NCBI GenBank assembly: GCA_948852945.1
Contig: CAQPBJ010000002.1
Location: forward strand, 4,265 to 68,264
Reading direction: 5' to 3'
Length of the DNA stretch: 64,000 nt
DNA from: an uncultured Clostridia bacterium
GTDB taxonomy: Bacteria; Bacillota; Clostridia; TANB77; CAG-508
In this document: positions 20,362-29,226 of the stretch, in pieces
Numbering within the stretch: position 1 is the stretch's first letter
Layout of the letters: every line of letters begins with the position of its first letter
Notes under the pieces: generated by a model
Told to the model about the DNA's origin: nothing
Seen by the model: the letters and a program-made list of their open reading frames with translations, nothing else
Databases searched by the model: none
Program-made: the position numbers and the translations under genes

Positions 20362-20401
20362 AAAAACAAATAAGTGAATGACCAAACCCAGTCACTCACT
20401 T
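20362..20401 (-). terminator. Intrinsic terminator after the Pr6Pr-like membrane protein gene
   Basis: Minus-sense hairpin AAGTGAGTGAC-TGGGTTT-GGTCATTCACTT overlapping the TGA stop, followed by TTTGTTTTT. Confidence 0.4.
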
Positions 20402-21060
20402 ATTTTTATTCTATCAAACCAATAAATAAAATATCCAATTATAATAAAAACAACCGTTAATGAAATAATATTCATAAAAACCTGATAAAATCCAATTAAT
20501 TCAACATCTATAAAAGCATATACATACTTACTAATATGAGCATTGATTCTATCAATATTTTCTACTCCTGATTGTGCAAAAATAAAACCTAAATACACAT
20601 ATGGTCCAATAGTCCAATATAGTGGATCATACCATTTAAATTTTCCTTTCTCATCAAATAAAATCCAATCAAATAACGTAAAAACAGGAATAATATAATG
20701 AAAAATAATATCAACAATTTTTAAAGATTGATATGGATTAATTTTAAGAGCATACGGTATCAGAATAAAATGATAAACCGACATTGTAAGTAAAATAGAA
20801 ATAAGTATTCCACCTCTTATATGTGTTAAGAAAGTAGTTGAACCATATATTCCTTCCTTTTTTATATCAGACACCGTCTTTATTACTAACAATCCAAAAA
20901 ATATAATGCAAAGCAAATTACTAATTATCGTAAAATACAACAAATTAGCTCGTTTAAACTCTCCATTAAATAAACCAAAATCATAAATTAAAGCTATGCT
21001 TCCTAGCATAAAAGCAAGTAATCTGTAAGCTAACGCAACTCCTCTATTTTTTATACACAT
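20392..21060 (-). CDS. Integral membrane protein (Pr6Pr-family-like, about six TM helices)
   Basis: 222 aa, highly hydrophobic with multiple predicted TM segments. Starts 3 nt after the mazF-like stop. The family call is from memory of the Pr6Pr annotation class and is low confidence. Confidence 0.5.
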   Translation of the reverse strand: MCIKNRGVALAYRLLAFMLGSIALIYDFGLFNGEFKRANLLYFTIISNLLCIIFFGLLVIKTVSDIKKEGIYGSTTFLTHIRGGILISILLTMSVYHFILIPYALKINPYQSLKIVDIIFHYIIPVFTLFDWILFDEKGKFKWYDPLYWTIGPYVYLGFIFAQSGVENIDRINAHISKYVYAFIDVELIGFYQVFMNIISLTVVFIIIGYFIYWFDRIKISE

Positions 21061-21063
21061 TTT

Positions 21064-21414
21064 CTATTCTCCCAATCCAAAGCTAATTCCTATAGCACTA
21101 TTAATCTTTCCCATCACTTGTTCATCATCAATATGTCCTATCTTTTCTTTTAACCTACTCTTATCAATTGTTCTAATTTGCTCTGCAAGCACTATTGAAT
21201 CTGTTTTTAGTCCTACTTCTTTTGAATCTATTTCTATATGTGTAGGTAATTTATTTTTACCAATTTGAGAAGTAATAGCTGCTGCAATAACAGTTGGACT
21301 ATATTTATTTCCTGTATCATTTTGAACTATTAAAACAGGTCGTATACCTCCTTGCTCTGACCCAACAACAGGACTTAAATCAGCATAAAACATATCCCCT
21401 CTTTTAATTACCAT
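21064..21414 (-). CDS. mazF: MazF/PemK-family mRNA interferase (EndoA/NdoA ortholog)
   Basis: [88 protein letters not shown] closely matches B. subtilis EndoA along its whole length. The start was moved to the internal Met; the track's 21444 start adds 10 unlikely residues. Confidence 0.85.
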   Translation of the reverse strand: MVIKRGDMFYADLSPVVGSEQGGIRPVLIVQNDTGNKYSPTVIAAAITSQIGKNKLPTHIEIDSKEVGLKTDSIVLAEQIRTIDKSRLKEKIGHIDDEQVMGKINSAIGISFGLGE

Positions 21415-21479
21415 ATAATCACTCCTACTAGTTCTATATATCAAATTTGTAAATTACTATATTTTTAGTTTTTTTCTAC

Positions 21480-22079
21480 TTACAATAATTTGAAACTACT
21501 ATATTCTATGATAATTGTCTTGTTATTGTTTATATCCTTTACTTCTATTCTTTCTATTCTATTTTTACTACGACTAAAATACATTACTTTATGAGTTGTA
21601 TATTTATTTTGTGTACTCATATTTTTTACAGAAACTATATAATAATCATCTTTAGTTTTTATTTCTTTTTTATCATCCAATTTATAATCTTGGATAAAAG
21701 AATTAAGATCTATTGGATTAGAAAATAATTCTTTATAATCTGCAAAAATTCTTGGCAAGCCTAGCTGCGTATTTTTTATAGTTAAGCTCTCATCTTTATA
21801 CTCACATACAATTCCATTATTAGTACTCTCACTAACAATTTCTGTTACTAAACTACCCTTTTCATTTTTTTCTTTAAGTAAATATGTATTAGTATTTTTA
21901 TTGCTATTTACAGTAATTTTTGCTTCAAGATTATAACTTTCAATATTTAAAATATACTCATTTAATTCATTTACATCTTTGACACTTTTATTATTTCCAG
22001 GAATGAAAAATTTATAACAATAAAAAACCGAAATTACTAAAATAAAAATAATAGCAACAATAAATATTTTTTTCTTCAT
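21480..22079 (-). CDS. Secreted or membrane-anchored hypothetical protein
   Basis: 199 aa. N-terminal signal or anchor MKKKIFIVAIIFILVISVFYCYKFF (not a canonical lipobox). Its position upstream of an EndoA-like gene recalls the ydcC/gerS LolA-like lipoprotein neighbourhood. This is speculative. Confidence 0.5.
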   Translation of the reverse strand: MKKKIFIVAIIFILVISVFYCYKFFIPGNNKSVKDVNELNEYILNIESYNLEAKITVNSNKNTNTYLLKEKNEKGSLVTEIVSESTNNGIVCEYKDESLTIKNTQLGLPRIFADYKELFSNPIDLNSFIQDYKLDDKKEIKTKDDYYIVSVKNMSTQNKYTTHKVMYFSRSKNRIERIEVKDINNNKTIIIEYSSFKLL

Positions 22080-22152
22080 AGTCCCACCTCTTATAAACTA
22101 TATTCTCTAAAGAAAAAAATATTATATTATGCTATTATAAATAATCTATATA

Positions 22153-23100
22153 TTAACCTTTTAAATAATACTTAATCATTGCTTCATATTGGTCTTGCGC
22201 ATTTAAACAAGTATCAATTAAATAACCTTTTTCACCACCTGTTTGATATTCTTTGATACCTCTGTAATAAAATACTTTATCATCATCTAAAATAATAAAA
22301 GGTATTATTCCATTTTTTAAACATTCTTTAAAAGCAATTATTCTTCCTACCCTACCATTTCCATCTTGAAATGGATGAATTTTCTCAAACTTAGAATGAA
22401 ATTCTATTATTTCATATATTGAAACATTTTTTAATGAATTATACCATTCTAACAATTTTCTAATATCTCTTTGTACATTTTTAGGTAATGATGTTTTTAT
22501 GTTTCCCGCTTCATTAGGTAATTTTTTATATTCTCCTACATTAAACCAATCTTTTCTACTATCTGAAGTTCCTTCCTTTAAAATCTTATGAAACTCTTTT
22601 ATAATTTCTTCTGATAATTGTTCTTCAGCTACATCTAACACATAATCAACCATTTTAAAGTGATTTGTAGTTTCCAAAATATCATCTACTCTAGCTATTT
22701 CATTTGTTTCGAATAAAATAGTATTTGTCTCATAAATAAATCTAGTTTGATTTTCAGTTAACCTACTTCCCTCAATATGATTTGTATTATATGAAAATAT
22801 AATCTGTGTATTATGATATAGACTTCCTTTTAATTTCATTTCTTTTTGTTCTCTTAAAACTTTTAAAAGATTTACTTTACTAATATCAAAATTATCATCA
22901 TCTTTTAATAACTCATCAATTGACACTTCAAAAACCTCTGATAATACCTTAATTGACTCTATACTTGGCTCAATTAAATTTGACTCATATTTTGAAATTG
23001 TTGCAGGCTCAACACCTAAAACTTCTGCAATATCTTTCTGAGTCATTTTCCTTAATTCTCTATAATTCTTTATTCTACTTCCGAAATCCATATCTCTCAC
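22153..23100 (-). CDS. XRE-family HTH–Fic domain fusion protein (putative AMPylator or regulator)
   Basis: N-terminal HTH (IKNYRELRKMTQKDIAEVLGVEPATISKYESN). Canonical Fic motif HPFQDGNGRVGR. Upstream inhibitory-helix-like motif TNHIEG matching [ST]xxxE[GN]. Confidence 0.8.
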   Translation of the reverse strand: MRDMDFGSRIKNYRELRKMTQKDIAEVLGVEPATISKYESNLIEPSIESIKVLSEVFEVSIDELLKDDDNFDISKVNLLKVLREQKEMKLKGSLYHNTQIIFSYNTNHIEGSRLTENQTRFIYETNTILFETNEIARVDDILETTNHFKMVDYVLDVAEEQLSEEIIKEFHKILKEGTSDSRKDWFNVGEYKKLPNEAGNIKTSLPKNVQRDIRKLLEWYNSLKNVSIYEIIEFHSKFEKIHPFQDGNGRVGRIIAFKECLKNGIIPFIILDDDKVFYYRGIKEYQTGGEKGYLIDTCLNAQDQYEAMIKYYLKG

Positions 23101-23193
23101 CTCTTTTTCTTACATATATATTATACCATATTGTTTCCAAAAAAGAAAGATACTATTAGTTATCTTACTAAAAGTATCTTTTTAAGAAACATA

Positions 23194-23601
23194 CTATTTT
23201 TCAATTTTATCTTTTAATTTAGCTAAATTTTTAGATAATCCTATAACTTCTAATGGAATTTCTACTAATTTATTATCAACTGCAACATAATTAACTATCT
23301 CTATATCAGATAAATCCATCGCGTTTTCTAGCTCTTTTACAATGTAGTGTAATTGCACGCAATGTGGTGACTTATCAACAGTAGCAAAAACTAATTTTTT
23401 AATCCCTTTTCTTGCTACCATTCCTATCATTTTAGTAACAACCATATTTAAATGATCTTTTTCTAAACAAACTTCATATATATCAGAAGATATTTTCTCT
23501 AACTCTTCATAAGCTTTAGGTTGCATAGCTTTTAAGCAACTACCTACTACAATCATTACTTCAGGAACATCAAAACAATTTGTTTTCAATAAATCTTTCA
23601 T
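23194..23601 (-). CDS. Hypothetical Cys-containing protein (135 aa)
   Basis: Clean ORF immediately downstream of sigE with its own RBS. Four Cys residues (NCFDV, GSCLK, VCLEK, SPHCVQ). No family recognised. Confidence 0.5.
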   Translation of the reverse strand: MKDLLKTNCFDVPEVMIVVGSCLKAMQPKAYEELEKISSDIYEVCLEKDHLNMVVTKMIGMVARKGIKKLVFATVDKSPHCVQLHYIVKELENAMDLSDIEIVNYVAVDNKLVEIPLEVIGLSKNLAKLKDKIEK

Positions 23602-23657
23602 ATATTACTTCTCCTATTAGTTCTTTTCTTTGCTTTAATATATCATATTTTTTTATT

Positions 23658-24374
23658 TTATCCAACCTTGCTTGAAATTTCTTTTCGCATTTTAAGCATA
23701 ATCTTTTTTTCTAAACGAGAAATATAACTCTGCGAAATTCCTAGCATATCAGCCACTTCTTTTTGTGTTTTCTCTTTATGTCCTTCCATGCCAAAACGTA
23801 AATTCATAATATACTTTTCTTTATCTGTAAGCTTTGAAATAGCTATTTTCAAGAGCTTATGGTCAACTTCATCTTCTAAATTTTTATAAATAATATCTTC
23901 ATCTGTTCCCAAAACATCTGAAAGCAAAAGTTCATTACCATCTCTATCTTGGTTAAGAGGCTCATCTATAGATAACTCTCCTTTTATTTTATTATTTCTC
24001 CTCAAGTACATTAAAATCTCGTTTTCTATACATCTTGAAGCATATGTAGCAAGTTTAATATTCTTTCCTGTATTAAATGTATTTATTGCTTTCATTAATC
24101 CAATAGTTCCTATTGAAATTAAATCTTCTAAATCAATTCCCGTATTTTCAAATTTTTTAGCAATATAAACTACTAATCTTAAATTTCTTTCAACTAAAAT
24201 TTGCTTTGAATCACTATCATTCTCATCAATCTTTGAAAGCACCTCCATTTCCTCTTCAGCAGAAAGAGGTGGAGGTAAAGTTTGACTTCCATTAATATAA
24301 AAAACTGGTAATTTATCAACATCCTTTTTAGTAATTTTCCTATAAAAATCTTTTAATATTTCAATTATATTCAT
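23658..24374 (-). CDS. sigE: Sporulation sigma factor sigma-E (pro-sigma-E)
   Basis: 238 aa. N-terminal pro-sequence followed by sigma-70 regions 2-4 ([24 protein letters not shown], a C-terminal HTH such as [21 protein letters not shown]). Overlaps the spoIIGA stop by 4 nt, the classic spoIIG operon arrangement. Confidence 0.9.
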   Translation of the reverse strand: MNIIEILKDFYRKITKKDVDKLPVFYINGSQTLPPPLSAEEEMEVLSKIDENDSDSKQILVERNLRLVVYIAKKFENTGIDLEDLISIGTIGLMKAINTFNTGKNIKLATYASRCIENEILMYLRRNNKIKGELSIDEPLNQDRDGNELLLSDVLGTDEDIIYKNLEDEVDHKLLKIAISKLTDKEKYIMNLRFGMEGHKEKTQKEVADMLGISQSYISRLEKKIMLKMRKEISSKVG

Positions 24375-25225
24375 AAGCTACATACTCCTTCATCTAAAGT
24401 TTCTAATCCGAAAATACCAGAATATTTGTTATTTTGACTGATATTCTCACTACAAATCCCAATAACTACATCCTTATACACTTTTTTAGAATTTTCCTCT
24501 TTCACATATGTTGGCTTAATTCCTAGTAAAAATGAGTTACTATTTCCTAAAGACCTATATGGAATTAAAAACATACCTACAGGAACACTTACTTTTCCTT
24601 CAATAATTTTTTCAAAATTTGTTCCACACTTTTCACAAATAAGCTCTTTTACTGCTTTCTTTTCCACAATTATCACAGGTTTATCTGTGTATGGTTCACG
24701 AAGTAAATTACCAGTATCTAAAAAAACATTAATTTCAAACTCAAAATTATTAATTCCTAAAATAATTTTTTTAAAAACATGTTTACTTTTTTCTTTCAAA
24801 ATAAAATACAATATCGCAAAGCCTATAAAAGCAGAACTAAAAACAAAAATCAAATTAAAGTTTCCTACTAATACTCCTCCATCAATCTTCCATACGCCAT
24901 TATTTTTTAAATTCATAATTGCAAATGAAATTCCGCCAAATAAAAAAGTAATAAAATAAAAAACAATTAATTCTTTTAAAAAAATCTTTATTTTTTTTGG
25001 TTTAAAAGCAATCCAAACTACTAATATTGAAGTAATAAATCTTAAATATGCAAATTGAAAAAACATTTGGAAAATATAAAAAAAGCTTCCTATAATACCT
25101 GCTAAAAATTTTCTAAAAAAAGTTGTATTAAGTTTTAGAATAATTGCTTCTGACAAAATTATTGATAAATTCATGATAACGTTTTCTATAAAAATCACAT
25201 CAATATATACTGTCAAAATAATCAC
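24371..25225 (-). CDS. spoIIGA: Sigma-E processing peptidase SpoIIGA
   Basis: 284 aa. N-terminal polytopic membrane domain and a C-terminal aspartic-protease region with [11 protein letters not shown] (DSGN/DTGN motif). Lies immediately upstream of sigE. The true start may be the TTG at 25216 (AGGAG plus 7 nt) rather than the GTG at 25225. Confidence 0.8.
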   Translation of the reverse strand: MIILTVYIDVIFIENVIMNLSIILSEAIILKLNTTFFRKFLAGIIGSFFYIFQMFFQFAYLRFITSILVVWIAFKPKKIKIFLKELIVFYFITFLFGGISFAIMNLKNNGVWKIDGGVLVGNFNLIFVFSSAFIGFAILYFILKEKSKHVFKKIILGINNFEFEINVFLDTGNLLREPYTDKPVIIVEKKAVKELICEKCGTNFEKIIEGKVSVPVGMFLIPYRSLGNSNSFLLGIKPTYVKEENSKKVYKDVVIGICSENISQNNKYSGIFGLETLDEGVCSL

Positions 25226-25245
25226 TCCTAAATTTTTATTTTCAG

Positions 25246-25279
25246 ATTACTTGTGCTTATCTTATCAGGTTCATTTCAA
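25246..25279 (-). promoter_or_regulatory. Candidate spoIIG-type promoter with a long spacer
   Basis: Minus-sense TTGAAA, a 22-nt spacer, then AGTAAT, about 30 nt upstream of the spoIIGA RBS. A nearby GTGACA resembles a half Spo0A box. The analogy to the B. subtilis spoIIG promoter (22-bp spacer) is inference. Confidence 0.25.
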
Positions 25280-25308
25280 AAAACATGTCACTTTTTATTG
25301 CAGAAAAA

Positions 25309-25341
25309 AAGAAATAATCTACACTAAATAGATTATTTCTT
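25309..25341 (-). terminator. Intrinsic terminator downstream of ftsZ
   Basis: Perfect 13-bp stem aagaaataatcta / tagattatttctt with loop cactaaa. On the minus sense it is followed by TTTTTTCTG. Lies 45 nt past the ftsZ stop. Confidence 0.6.
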
Positions 25342-25385
25342 TTATTTTCTCTATATATATTTTTTATCTGACAATAATGGATAAC

Positions 25386-26492
25386 TTATTTCATATTTTT
25401 ATTTTTTCTTAAAAATGTAGGAATATCTAATTCATTAGGGTTTGCTGTTTCATTAGTTTTAGGATTCATTTTTTCCCAAGCTTTATTAACTATATCAGTA
25501 GCTTTTTGAACTCTCTCATCTTCATTTTCAAAACCAGTTGCAATAACTGTAATTTGAATTTCGTCTCCCATTGAGTCATCTGTTACAGAACCGAAGATAA
25601 TATTAGCTTCTGGGTCAGCACTACGTTGAACAAGTTCAGCAGCTGTATTAGCTTCATGTAATCCAACATCACTACCACCAGTAATGTTAATAATAACTCC
25701 TCTAGCTCCTTCAATAGATGTTTCTAATAATGGAGATTGGATCGCTTCTTTAGCAGCATCTTCTGCTCTATTTTCTCCTGAAGCTCTACCTACACCCATG
25801 TGAGCCATTCCTCTATCTAACATTATAGTTTTAACATCAGCAAAGTCTAAGTTAATTAATCCAGGTACAGCAATTAAATCTGATATACCTTGAACACCTT
25901 GTCTTAGAACATCATCTGCCATTCTAAATGCTTCAATAATAGATGTTTTTCTATCAATTATTTGTAATAATTTATCATTTGGAATTACAACTAAAGTATC
26001 AACCTTACCTTTTAAACTCTCAATACCTCTTTCAGCTTGAGCAAGTCTTTTTTTACCTTCAAAAGTAAATGGTTTTGTAACAACACCTATTGTTAATATT
26101 CCCATTTCTTTAGCAGTTCCAGCAACTATTGGTGCAGCACCAGTTCCTGTTCCACCACCCATACCAGCAGTAACAAAAACCATATCAGCTCCACGTAATG
26201 CTTCAGCTACTTCTGTGCGACTTTCTTCTGCAGCCTGTGCTCCTATATCAGGGTTTGCACCAGCTCCCAAACCTCTAGTAAGTTTTTCTCCTATTTGAAT
26301 TTTTGTAGATGCCTTTGACAATTGAAGAGCTTGTCTATCTGTATTAACTGAAATAAATTCTACATTTTTAATTCCTGCATCAATCATTCTGTTAACAGCA
26401 TTGTTTCCTGCTCCTCCAACACCAATTACTTTGATTGTGGCTGTGCCATCCATCATGTAGTTGTTATTGTTATCCTCATTTTCCATTATCAT
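25386..26492 (-). CDS. ftsZ: Cell division GTPase FtsZ
   Basis: [17 protein letters not shown], the tubulin signature [10 protein letters not shown], and NTDRQAL. 368 aa with an Asn-rich N-terminal extension. The true start may be a downstream Met. Confidence 0.95.
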   Translation of the reverse strand: MIMENEDNNNNYMMDGTATIKVIGVGGAGNNAVNRMIDAGIKNVEFISVNTDRQALQLSKASTKIQIGEKLTRGLGAGANPDIGAQAAEESRTEVAEALRGADMVFVTAGMGGGTGTGAAPIVAGTAKEMGILTIGVVTKPFTFEGKKRLAQAERGIESLKGKVDTLVVIPNDKLLQIIDRKTSIIEAFRMADDVLRQGVQGISDLIAVPGLINLDFADVKTIMLDRGMAHMGVGRASGENRAEDAAKEAIQSPLLETSIEGARGVIINITGGSDVGLHEANTAAELVQRSADPEANIIFGSVTDDSMGDEIQITVIATGFENEDERVQKATDIVNKAWEKMNPKTNETANPNELDIPTFLRKNKNMK

Positions 26493-26556
26493 AAGGTAAT
26501 TCCTCCTTTAAATATATATATAATTTTAATTTATACTATGTAAACTAAAAAACTAA

Positions 26557-27789
26557 TTATGAATAAAAAAAGTCTCTAACTTTTCCTATTATTTTTTTTA
26601 ATCCAGATTTTTCTGAATTAGTATCTATCGTACTAGACACAGTTTTTGAGAAAGATCTAGAAGATATATATCTTACAAGTGCATAACTTGTTCTATATGT
26701 TGATTTAATTGTAGTAATTAGTCTAGATGTTGAATTTTTAACTGGTATATTTAAAATAATTTTTCCTGCCATATCACTTTTATTTATATTAGTAATTCCA
26801 TCACCTGTCAATATAACATTATTTATATTATTTTTTAAGCCTTGTGCAATAAGTTCTTTATTTACTAAAGAAAATATTTCTTCAACTCTAGCTTCTATAA
26901 TTTCTACTAAATCAGAACTTTTTATTGTTTTATTTTTTCCATCTGTTGCTGTACAAGTTGTTAGACTAATATTGTTATCATTATCTATAAAAGATTTTAA
27001 TGCAAGTCCATATTGTCTTTTTAATTTATCTGCTTCTTCTTTAGATATGCTAAGTACATATGCAATATCACTTGTAATGTTATCTCCACCAAGTGGAAGT
27101 GTAGCATTATATAAAAAAGTACTTCCTCTGAAAACTCCTATTTCTGTATTTCCAGCCCCCATATCTAATATCATTACATTATCATTTAGTTCTGCAACAT
27201 CTAAAACCAAATTTCTTTCTGCTAACGTAATTGGCACCATACCATCTATTTCAATACCTGCTTTTTTGCAAATATTAGTTATTTTCTTTACGTATCCTTT
27301 ATCTGCCAAAACAATTTGAGCATATAATGTAAAACTTGAGCAATGTTCTCCCATAGGATTATCTGTACTAGTTCCATCTTCTAACACAAATTTATCTGGT
27401 ATAACATCAATACAAGTATCACTATCAGGAATTTCTATATCTCTAATTGCACCAAGTGCATTAGTTATATCTTTTTGTGAAACACCTTCAATTCTATCTT
27501 TAACATCCTTCACTACACTATTTTGAACTATTGTAGTATATCTTCCAGAAATCGTTATATATGCAGAACTAATCTTGAAATCTGCTATTTCTTCAGCTTC
27601 TCTAATTGTTTTTGCAATTGCTTCAGATATAGCCTCTTCGTCAACAATCTGTCCTCGTGCTATCCCATTACATTTACTACAAGTGTTACAAATTATCTCA
27701 ATCTGTTTGAAATTATTTACTTCACCAACAACTGTACTAACCTTAGAAGTACCGATGTCAATACCAACAATTATATCACCGATTGCCAA
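26557..27789 (-). CDS. ftsA: Cell division protein FtsA
   Basis: 410 aa actin-like ATPase (VGIDIGTSKV, ILDMGAGNTEIGV, LTGDG). Directly upstream of ftsZ. A TTG start is preceded by GGAGG. Confidence 0.85.
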   Translation of the reverse strand: MAIGDIIVGIDIGTSKVSTVVGEVNNFKQIEIICNTCSKCNGIARGQIVDEEAISEAIAKTIREAEEIADFKISSAYITISGRYTTIVQNSVVKDVKDRIEGVSQKDITNALGAIRDIEIPDSDTCIDVIPDKFVLEDGTSTDNPMGEHCSSFTLYAQIVLADKGYVKKITNICKKAGIEIDGMVPITLAERNLVLDVAELNDNVMILDMGAGNTEIGVFRGSTFLYNATLPLGGDNITSDIAYVLSISKEEADKLKRQYGLALKSFIDNDNNISLTTCTATDGKNKTIKSSDLVEIIEARVEEIFSLVNKELIAQGLKNNINNVILTGDGITNINKSDMAGKIILNIPVKNSTSRLITTIKSTYRTSYALVRYISSRSFSKTVSSTIDTNSEKSGLKKIIGKVRDFFYS

Positions 27790-27871
27790 GATAATTCCTC
27801 CAATATTCTCTTCCTTTAATATGTCTAAGGATATTACAATTTTCGTAAAAAGTCAATAGAAAACGTCACGT

Positions 27872-27906
27872 TTTTGTAACCCTTTTGTAACCCTTTTGTA
27901 ATAAAA
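27872..27906. repeat. Tandem 11-bp direct repeats (ttttgtaaccc x2, then ttttgtaataaaa) upstream of ftsA
   Basis: Seen directly at 27872-27882, 27883-27893 and 27894-27906, about 85-120 nt upstream of the ftsA start codon. Confidence 0.5.
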
Positions 27907-28042
27907 TTTTCATAAATCGATTATAACTATATAACACTTTTTTTCAAAAATCAACAAAAAGCGACACAATTTTATAAAAAAATTTAACTTTTTAAAAATA
28001 ACTTTAAAATGCAATTTTTTATGTATACAAAAAGCTAAAAAT

Positions 28043-28070
28043 AAGGTAGAAATTTTAAAATTTCTACCTT
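28043..28070 (-). terminator. Intrinsic terminator after dusB, ending the minD-minE-rodA-dusB transcription unit
   Basis: Perfect 14-bp AT-rich stem aaggtagaaatttt / aaaatttctacctt overlapping the dusB stop. On the minus sense it is followed by ATTTTTAGCTTTTTG. Confidence 0.5.
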
Positions 28071-29031
28071 AAAAAATTTCTCTTAAAAATTTTTCACACT
28101 CATTATAATTTTCATAAGTATTTATCTGATTTCTGATAATGGTGGCATTCTTCATTCCTTTTACATACCAAGCAACATGCTTACGCATTTCTCTAATTGC
28201 TGTATATTCCCCTTTTTCAGCTATTAGCATATTATAATGTGAAAGAATCGTTTTTAATATTTCATCATTTTCAGGCTTTACAAATTCTTCTCCTTTTAAT
28301 AAAGAAATTATCTCTTTAAAAATCCATGGATTACCTAAGCTTGCTCTGCCTATCATTATCCCATCACAATTTGTTTGTTCAAACATTTTTTTAGCAGTAA
28401 TACCACTAATAATATCTCCATTACCTATAACAGGTATATTAACCGCTTCTTTAACCTGTTTAATAATATTCCAATCAGCCTCTCCAGAATAAAACTGAGC
28501 CCTTGTTCTTCCATGAACAACTATTGCACTAGCACCAGCCTTCTCTATTCTTTTAGCAACCTCTACTGCAACAATGTTTTCTGAATCCCATCCTTTACGA
28601 ATTTTAACTGTAACTGGAACCTTAGCAACATCAACAACTGCTTTAACAATTTTTGAAACTAAATCTAAATCAAGCAAAAGTCTGCTACCATCGCCATTTT
28701 TAACAACTTTAGGAGCAGGACATCCCATATTAATATCAATAATATCAGCCTTATCATTTAAAAATTTAGCAGATTCAGCCATAATATCTGGCTCATTACC
28801 AAAAATCTGCATAGAAACAGGACGTTTTTCATTTTCAGTATTAATCATTTTTAAAGTCTTGTCATCTTTATAAACAATAGCACGCGAACTAACCATCTCG
28901 GTTTCAACCAAACCTGCTCCATTTTCCTTACACAATTTTCTAAAAGGTAAATCAGTAATTCCTGCCATAGGAGCAAGCAAGATATTATTATCTAATTCCA
29001 CATCACCAATTTTCAATTTTTTTAAATACAT
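28069..29031 (-). CDS. dusB: tRNA-dihydrouridine synthase (DusB-like, TIM-barrel FMN enzyme)
   Basis: 320 aa. LAPMAGITDLPFR, DINMGCPAPKV, and the catalytic-region motifs typical of the Dus family. Confidence 0.85.
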   Translation of the reverse strand: MYLKKLKIGDVELDNNILLAPMAGITDLPFRKLCKENGAGLVETEMVSSRAIVYKDDKTLKMINTENEKRPVSMQIFGNEPDIMAESAKFLNDKADIIDINMGCPAPKVVKNGDGSRLLLDLDLVSKIVKAVVDVAKVPVTVKIRKGWDSENIVAVEVAKRIEKAGASAIVVHGRTRAQFYSGEADWNIIKQVKEAVNIPVIGNGDIISGITAKKMFEQTNCDGIMIGRASLGNPWIFKEIISLLKGEEFVKPENDEILKTILSHYNMLIAEKGEYTAIREMRKHVAWYVKGMKNATIIRNQINTYENYNECEKFLREIF

Positions 29032-29115
29032 CTACTTCCCCCTTTCTTCATATATAAACAACTCTCTGTCATTCATTTTATAATTTTGCATTTTCTGTCA
29101 TCAGGTTAAGAAAAG

Positions 29116-29214
29116 AAGCGTTATATCACTAGGCAAAATTTTCTTTTAAAACCGGAATGTACGAGTGTACCTGAGGATTTTAAAAGAAAATTTTAACGAC
29201 GTGAGATGACGCTT
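29116..29214. other. ~100-nt nested imperfect palindrome between rodA and dusB
   Basis: Outer arms aagcgt (29116-29121) and acgctt (29209-29214). Inner 19-20-nt arms aaaattttcttttaaaacc (29135-29153) and ggattttaaaagaaaatttt (29175-29194). Could be a long-stem terminator, an attenuator or a structured RNA. Confidence 0.4.
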
Positions 29215-29226
29215 ATCTTCTTAACA

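Noticed and set aside
21415-21444. Track-proposed 10-codon N-terminal extension of MazF ([10 protein letters not shown])
   Set aside because: EndoA/MazF homologs begin at MV/MIVKRGD. The internal Met at 21414 gives the canonical N-terminus.
26972-27859. Plus-strand ORFs (115, 98, 94 aa) within ftsA
   Set aside because: Antisense to a well-supported ftsA ORF, with no RBS or motifs.
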